64,000 nt of DNA. It comes from Vampirovibrionaceae bacterium NZW_1234. Its GTDB lineage: Bacteria > Cyanobacteriota > Vampirovibrionia > Vampirovibrionales > JAGQHJ01. Positions within the stretch are counted from its first letter, which is position 1; each line of letters opens with the position of its first letter. This document shows positions 58,865 to 64,000 of the stretch, piece after piece. The translations under genes and the position numbers were made by a program. The stretch spans positions 1-64,000 of the forward strand of contig JBGUGD010000012.1 of assembly GCA_041697335.1 (NCBI GenBank). Reading direction: 5' to 3'. The notes under the pieces were generated by a model. The model did not search any database and was not told the DNA's origin. It was given only the letters and a program-made list of their open reading frames with translations.

Positions 58865-61800
58865 CTAGTTCCCAGAAGGGCCCGTAGTGACGGCGTCAAC
58901 GGCGCGAAAGTATTGGGCAAACTCTTCGAACGTCAGTGTTATTTTGGCGGATTTCATGACCCCATCGTAGTTATGGGGATTAATCAGAGTTATGGTTCTT
59001 GTCTTAGGATCTATTGACTCCACGGTAAAGGCGTGTCGTCCCGGGATTTTACCCTCCGGATCCAAAGTGACCCGATCGCTGGTGCCTTTACTGGATGCCG
59101 TAATATTAAATTTTTGAAGTTCTGCCGGGCTCATTGCGCCGAGTTCTTCCAGGTTGGCAATCAGTTGGGCCTTATTAAACTCCTGAATACGCTGAAGATT
59201 TGCCGCCGCTTTTTGTCGCAGCGCGGCGAGTTCATCCGGTTTTTCCGACCCGGTGTAGCTGATCGGATCCGATTTGGGTCGCGGTAGGTTGATCTTGAAC
59301 TTATATGGGGTTCCGCCGGTCATGCGTTGCAGTGCCACTCCCGGATCGCCGCTTTCCATAATGATTAACGTATCTGTGGAGCTGGCCGTAGAAAGGCGGT
59401 GTTGTTCCACTTCTTTGAGGAGTCTTCCATAGGCCCGTTCCAAAATACTGATCCCCGGGTTACCCATATCTTGGGCCAAGCGTTTTTCGCCTTGGCTTTT
59501 ATGCTTTCCATCGGCTTCCACAAAGATTTTATAAGGTTCTCCCGTTTTCGGGTTGATTTCTCCAGGGAAGGTTACTTCATAGCCGCGTCGTCCTCCGGGT
59601 TCGTTCACCGGTTTGATTAACGACCGTAAGTGATCAATCCCGCCAGGCTTCTTGGCAATTGCACCAATGGCGGCCAGGACATAACAGTCTCCCGTATTAC
59701 CCTGTTGAAAGATCAGGCCTTCATGGCTGGGGAAAAGTTTTTCCGGGCTCAGCACGGGGGGCTGACTGGGGGAGGCGGGTCTGGTGGTCAGACGAGCCAG
59801 GCGATCATTGACATCTGCGCCCACGTCTTTCGTGGGTGTGAGTGCTTCCAGTAATTCGTATAACTGCTTTTCCGCCACGAGCGTCTTTGCAGCATCGCTG
59901 TCTGGGTGCAAGGTTTTTAATGCTGCCTGGCGTTTGGCAATTTCACCTTGTAATGCTTGTGGTTCCATAGGCATACCCACAAGCTCGCCATAGGCTTTTA
60001 TGGCCCGGGTGGTTTTATTGATGTCCCCATTGGCATTGTCCAGCGCTTTGTTCAGGCTTTCAACCACGGTTTTTAATTCCAGGGGTTTATCACCGGGGTT
60101 GAATTTCAAATCCAGTTCCTTCAGGGCGTCAGCCTGTTTCGGTGTTGGACGGATACTGTTTTTAACGGGTAGGGCCTGGAATAATTTAATGGCGACGGTT
60201 TGCCAGGCCAAGGTTTTCAAGGCTTCGGGAGAGGTCGATTCGGAAAAGATTTTATTGAGCCTCTGATTTAATGGGATCTGACTGTTGCTTGGGTAAATGA
60301 CTTCGGTGAGGAGGGCTGCTCCCAAGTTTGAGCCGAAGAGGGAGTTGGCTTGCGTTGCGGAGCCCATCAAGAATTTACTGATGACATGGTTGGGGACCGC
60401 TTTATTGACGCCGTTTATTGTAATTCGCTGAAATCCAGGAAGCAGGCCTCTGCTATTAGCGATGTTGGCAATCCCGCCAATGGCCTTGTTGCCAATGGCG
60501 CCAATCACCGGCATCAACGCTCCCTGCAGGGCGCCTTGGATGCCTGCTCCAAGGGTTGATTGCTGCAGTTGATCCGTTACATTTTTTAATTCAGGATGGG
60601 CGCGACCCACACCGTCAACATAGCGATTGGTTGCGTCGGTGGTGAGACTATTGGTTATGGCCATCTGGGTTCCGAAAACCAGACTTTTGGTGCCCATTTC
60701 TTTTAAGGCTGAGCCCGTAATGCCTTGGACCACACTGCCCCCTCCTGTTGCATAGAGCGGTAAGCTTTGGATAAACGTTACAGTATGAATAAAATCGCTG
60801 ATAAGTTTTTGTTGCCCTTTTAGCATGGCAATAATTTTAGGATCTTTACCTTCGCCTGGGCTTTTGACGTACTTATCAATTTCCTGGAGCAGCTCTTTGG
60901 CAATGGCGTAGGTTTTCGGCAGGTCCTTTGCCTGTCGGGCCTCATCCAGTTTTTGCCGAAGTTCGACCAATTTTCGGCTTTCCTGGACAGCCTTACTGTA
61001 ATTGGAATTGAACAGGACATTTAAGCCCACTTGCAGCTTGGTGGGGGTGGTTGCTCCCCAAGAGTGGGAGCCCTTGAGATCGCCCACTTGATGCTTTTCC
61101 AAGGCGCGATTCACTGCCGCATCATTGACGTTGAGGGCTTGGGTCACATTGTTTTCCCCATGGATATCGGCCAGCATCTGCATCAACTGGTCTACGGCCT
61201 CACCCAAACTGTCAAACTTTCGAAGTTCTTCTTCGGGTGTTTTCGCCACCAAGGCCAGTTTTTCAACCCGATCATCCCGAGTTTGGTTGGCTGCGTTTAA
61301 CCCATTCTTGAGGCGAGCCAGGTGTTGTTCTTTTTGTAAACGCAGTTTATCTTCCAATGCCATGAGTTCGGCAATGGTTTGAATGTCCGATGTGTCGGTA
61401 TCTTGAATCTGCTGGCTTACGTCCTTGATGAGTTTGTCCCAGTCCGCAGTGGCTTGAGCAATTGTTTGTTCTGCCCGAGCATTATCGGTTGCTTCAAGTG
61501 CCAATTTAAGTTCTTGCTTTAAGGGGCCGCCCAAGGAGTCTTGTTTCTCTGTCAGTGCTTTGACCTTTTTCTTTAAGGCTTCCTGGGCTTGGGCTTCTTC
61601 TTTTTGCAAGGCGGACAGTTTCTCCACCAGATTGTTGGGTAAGCCTTTGAGTTCATGAAACGTGGCAACAAGACCGTTAATTTGACGGACTCGGTCTTGA
61701 CGCTTGGGATCGGCATTGAATTGTTGATACAGCGCCTCAATTTCGCGATTGATTTGAGCGCTGGCGTCCAGGCTTTTCTTGAGTGGAGCAATGACCTCTG

Positions 61801-63124
61801 GGGAAAGATTATTGATGCTGACCGCATCTGGGATGGGTCTTGTTGCAATGTCGGAAGCACGTTCTTGAAAGCCTTGCTTGATTTGGCTGAGCGAGGGTTG
61901 CTTTCGTTTCTTTTCGGCTTTTTCGGCTTGTGCCGCTTCTGCACGACGCGCTTCCTCGGCTTCCACGGACGCTAATTTTTTTTCGGCCTCTTCCAGCGAC
62001 ATGCCCAGTTTTTGCTCCAATTTGCTTCGCATAGCGTTCAGGGTCTTTTGAGCGTCTGTATTGACGTTACCCATCTCTTGCATGATATTTGGGGCAATTT
62101 GGTTCTGGCTGATGTCATCGAGAATGGCCTTTAAGGTGGGGCGACCTTGAATATCGTTATTGGCGCCTTCCATATCGTTTTGAATCAGTGTTTCCAGCGT
62201 GGTTCCTGGCGGCGCTTGCTGATTTTTTATGGCATCCTTCAACTCCGTCAGGCGGGATTCCACTTGTTGTACTTGTGCCGGGTTCAGGGTGACTTCTACG
62301 CCATTGGGGAGCATAATAGCCTTCTGAGGGCTGTTGTCCCAATTCGAGACCAAGTCCTGTAATGCCGGATTGACCAGATAGTTGGCTACATCCATTTGTG
62401 TTCGGGCGGTAATCAACGCGTTAACATCATCTTGGGTGTTTAAAAAACCGTCATTCTGTTTGATGATTTTTTCCAGCTCTTGAAAGCGGGTGGTGAGTTG
62501 TCGAAATTTGGCACGGTTTTTAAGTGCGTTCGGCCCTTCACTGAATAACCGTTTAACCCGATCGATGGGATTGTCCGGCACCGCGCTGATCAGATCATCC
62601 ACGTCTGATTGCAGGGATTTGGGCGGGTTGGCCTCCGGGTCCAGACCCTGTTGCAAGAGGCCCATGATGGCTGTTAAATCCCGAAGTCTCCCCATGGCAC
62701 GATAGGCGCCCCATTCAGGGCCAATATCCTGAGCGTCTACGGGGACACCTTTGACGGCATTGGCATCCAGATTCACGGGAGGCACATTGCCTGGAGGTGG
62801 TAATGGATCAGGGAGGGGCAGGGGCATTGCAATGCCTGTAGCCGGATTGATTGACAGTGGTCCCATCGGAGGCTGTTGCAGCCCTGGTCGTGCTGCAGCA
62901 AACCGTTGGGGGGCACCCGGCGTATTCTGTGGGATGCCCATCATATTATTAAATTGGGGTAATTCGCTCGTGGAGGTCACCGGCAAGGGTGTTTGTAGAG
63001 AGGCTGGCGCTGTCATACCCTGACGTTTCGCCGCAAATCCATTGGCCGGAACACCACTCAATGGTGTTGTCGGTAGCGGATTATTTCCGTTTGGAGTCAC
63101 CATAGCACTGCCATACCCACGCAC
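58865..63124 (-). CDS. 1419-aa protein: Pro-rich N-terminus, coiled coils, Gly-rich hydrophobic region, C-terminal calpain-like (peptidase C2) domain
   Basis: QQGNTGDCYVLAAI, LERAYG, GD...AL..MTG, RHAFTV, LINPH. Confidence 0.85.
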   Translation of the reverse strand: MRGYGSAMVTPNGNNPLPTTPLSGVPANGFAAKRQGMTAPASLQTPLPVTSTSELPQFNNMMGIPQNTPGAPQRFAAARPGLQQPPMGPLSINPATGIAMPLPLPDPLPPPGNVPPVNLDANAVKGVPVDAQDIGPEWGAYRAMGRLRDLTAIMGLLQQGLDPEANPPKSLQSDVDDLISAVPDNPIDRVKRLFSEGPNALKNRAKFRQLTTRFQELEKIIKQNDGFLNTQDDVNALITARTQMDVANYLVNPALQDLVSNWDNSPQKAIMLPNGVEVTLNPAQVQQVESRLTELKDAIKNQQAPPGTTLETLIQNDMEGANNDIQGRPTLKAILDDISQNQIAPNIMQEMGNVNTDAQKTLNAMRSKLEQKLGMSLEEAEKKLASVEAEEARRAEAAQAEKAEKKRKQPSLSQIKQGFQERASDIATRPIPDAVSINNLSPEVIAPLKKSLDASAQINREIEALYQQFNADPKRQDRVRQINGLVATFHELKGLPNNLVEKLSALQKEEAQAQEALKKKVKALTEKQDSLGGPLKQELKLALEATDNARAEQTIAQATADWDKLIKDVSQQIQDTDTSDIQTIAELMALEDKLRLQKEQHLARLKNGLNAANQTRDDRVEKLALVAKTPEEELRKFDSLGEAVDQLMQMLADIHGENNVTQALNVNDAAVNRALEKHQVGDLKGSHSWGATTPTKLQVGLNVLFNSNYSKAVQESRKLVELRQKLDEARQAKDLPKTYAIAKELLQEIDKYVKSPGEGKDPKIIAMLKGQQKLISDFIHTVTFIQSLPLYATGGGSVVQGITGSALKEMGTKSLVFGTQMAITNSLTTDATNRYVDGVGRAHPELKNVTDQLQQSTLGAGIQGALQGALMPVIGAIGNKAIGGIANIANSRGLLPGFQRITINGVNKAVPNHVISKFLMGSATQANSLFGSNLGAALLTEVIYPSNSQIPLNQRLNKIFSESTSPEALKTLAWQTVAIKLFQALPVKNSIRPTPKQADALKELDLKFNPGDKPLELKTVVESLNKALDNANGDINKTTRAIKAYGELVGMPMEPQALQGEIAKRQAALKTLHPDSDAAKTLVAEKQLYELLEALTPTKDVGADVNDRLARLTTRPASPSQPPVLSPEKLFPSHEGLIFQQGNTGDCYVLAAIGAIAKKPGGIDHLRSLIKPVNEPGGRRGYEVTFPGEINPKTGEPYKIFVEADGKHKSQGEKRLAQDMGNPGISILERAYGRLLKEVEQHRLSTASSTDTLIIMESGDPGVALQRMTGGTPYKFKINLPRPKSDPISYTGSEKPDELAALRQKAAANLQRIQEFNKAQLIANLEELGAMSPAELQKFNITASSKGTSDRVTLDPEGKIPGRHAFTVESIDPKTRTITLINPHNYDGVMKSAKITLTFEEFAQYFRAVDAVTTGPSGN

Positions 63125-63204
63125 AGACCCGTCACATGTATATATAAAACCAATATTTGTTTTAAGGATGATATGGCAATCCCAAAGTTTTCCTTAAAAA
63201 TTGC

Positions 63205-63250
63205 CCCCTGGAGAAAGATCCTCTACGGGAGCGGATCCTTTTCCAGGGGG
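63205..63250. terminator. Stem-loop downstream of the tandem-Tudor gene
   Basis: CCCCTGGAGAAAGATCC...GGATCCTTTTCCAGGGG imperfect inverted repeat. Confidence 0.6.
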
Positions 63251-63270
63251 CACACAAATTCGAGAATAGA

Positions 63271-63675
63271 CTAGCGAACCCGGTTCGGGGTAACCCATTC
63301 GTCCCAGGACTTCTCATAGCCTTCGTAGTGGATGAAATAAGTGTCTTTACCAACACTGACAATGGTGGCAGGGTACCATTTATCTTGCCAGAGCACTTCA
63401 ACTTTATTGCCAACACGCCATTTGGGGGCCGCATGGGTAATCCGGATGCGATCCCCCTTTACCCATTCGTCCCAGGACTTATCATACCCTTCGTAATGGA
63501 TGTAGCATTGGGTTTTATCCGGGCTAACGTCCTGGACAGTGGCTTTATACCAATTGTTCTGCCACAAGACCTCAGCTTCATCGCCGATTCGGCACAGCTC
63601 GGCATAGGCCGACGAAACACACATCCAAACCGTAAACAATGCCATGAAAAGACTGGCTTTAAGGCGGGGTATCAT
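63271..63675 (-). CDS. Exported protein with two tandem Agenet/Tudor-knot-like domains
   Basis: Signal peptide ending SSAYA; two repeats G..[AV]EVLW...WY.AT......IHYEGY..SWDEWV...R.R; AAGGAG RBS before ATG 63675. Confidence 0.85.
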   Translation of the reverse strand: MIPRLKASLFMALFTVWMCVSSAYAELCRIGDEAEVLWQNNWYKATVQDVSPDKTQCYIHYEGYDKSWDEWVKGDRIRITHAAPKWRVGNKVEVLWQDKWYPATIVSVGKDTYFIHYEGYEKSWDEWVTPNRVR

Positions 63676-63834
63676 TGTGCAAGCTCCTTCATAAAACACC
63701 AACCCGGGTATTGATTCAGTCTAACAATGGTATACGCAAAGGGGCAAGCCCTTGGCTGAATCCTGTTTGAAGCAATTTGTCTTTTGGAGATGTTTTTTGT
63801 GAATATCACCCAGAGACTAACTTGGAGTCGGCCG

Positions 63835-64000
63835 GTGCCCATTTCCATCACCCCACAGCCTATGCATCGAATACCCCTTGTGCCGCGGGTCAGGGTTGCA
63901 CAACCTTCTGCTGTTCGCTTTTCCTCGGATTCCGGTATCTTTCGGGACTGGATGAATGGGTACTCCGTTAATGCCGAACGCCTGGAACGGGAAAAACACA
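63835..64000 (+). CDS. Partial ORF running off the window, with AVRFSS leader
   Basis: GTG with GGAG upstream; hand translation MPISITPQPMHRIPLVPRVRVAQPSAVRFSSDSGIFRDWMNGYSVNAERLEREKH, no stop. Confidence 0.55.
   Translation, partial: MPISITPQPMHRIPLVPRVRVAQPSAVRFSSDSGIFRDWMNGYSVNAERLEREKH

Noticed and set aside
63745..63830. GCTGAATCC suggesting a c-di-AMP (ydaO) riboswitch
   Set aside because: The rest of the aptamer consensus is absent.
1..64000. CRISPR array, rRNA, prophage
   Set aside because: No regularly spaced repeats, rRNA-like tracts or phage structural genes seen.

Overview
Mostly core bacterial chromosome around the dnaA-rpmH-rnpA-yidD-yidC locus. Cyanobacteria-type genes (DUF561/Ycf23, YlqD, L34 starting MKRTLEGT, YidC with a large soluble insert) occur with flagellar motor genes (motAB-fliL-fliM-fliY/N) and no photosynthesis genes. 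This suggests a non-photosynthetic cyanobacterium (Vampirovibrionia/Melainabacteria), which is an inference. Other recognisable content: tRNA-Ser(CGA) with an unusual acceptor/D-arm junction, an etfB-etfA-ETF:quinone oxidoreductase (Fix-like) operon, pdxJ, prmC, recO, pilT, xerD, coaX, a paa-like CoA-thioester cluster with only one epoxidase subunit, a Ski2-like helicase, and ftsE (with an in-frame TAA) plus ftsX. An AT-rich island at the left end encodes a 1081-aa nuclease-like protein next to a transposase remnant. The most intriguing signal is a dispersed set of orphan proteins that share a Pro/Ser/Thr/Arg-rich N-terminal leader ending in [IVL]-[RT]-F-[GS]. Their cargo includes a cytidine deaminase and a dead ClpB-like AAA domain, with a weaker match in a 1419-aa calpain-type protease. 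This may be an undescribed export/targeting signal and effector repertoire. No CRISPR array or rRNA was seen. All calls come from motifs read by eye; no database searches were run.
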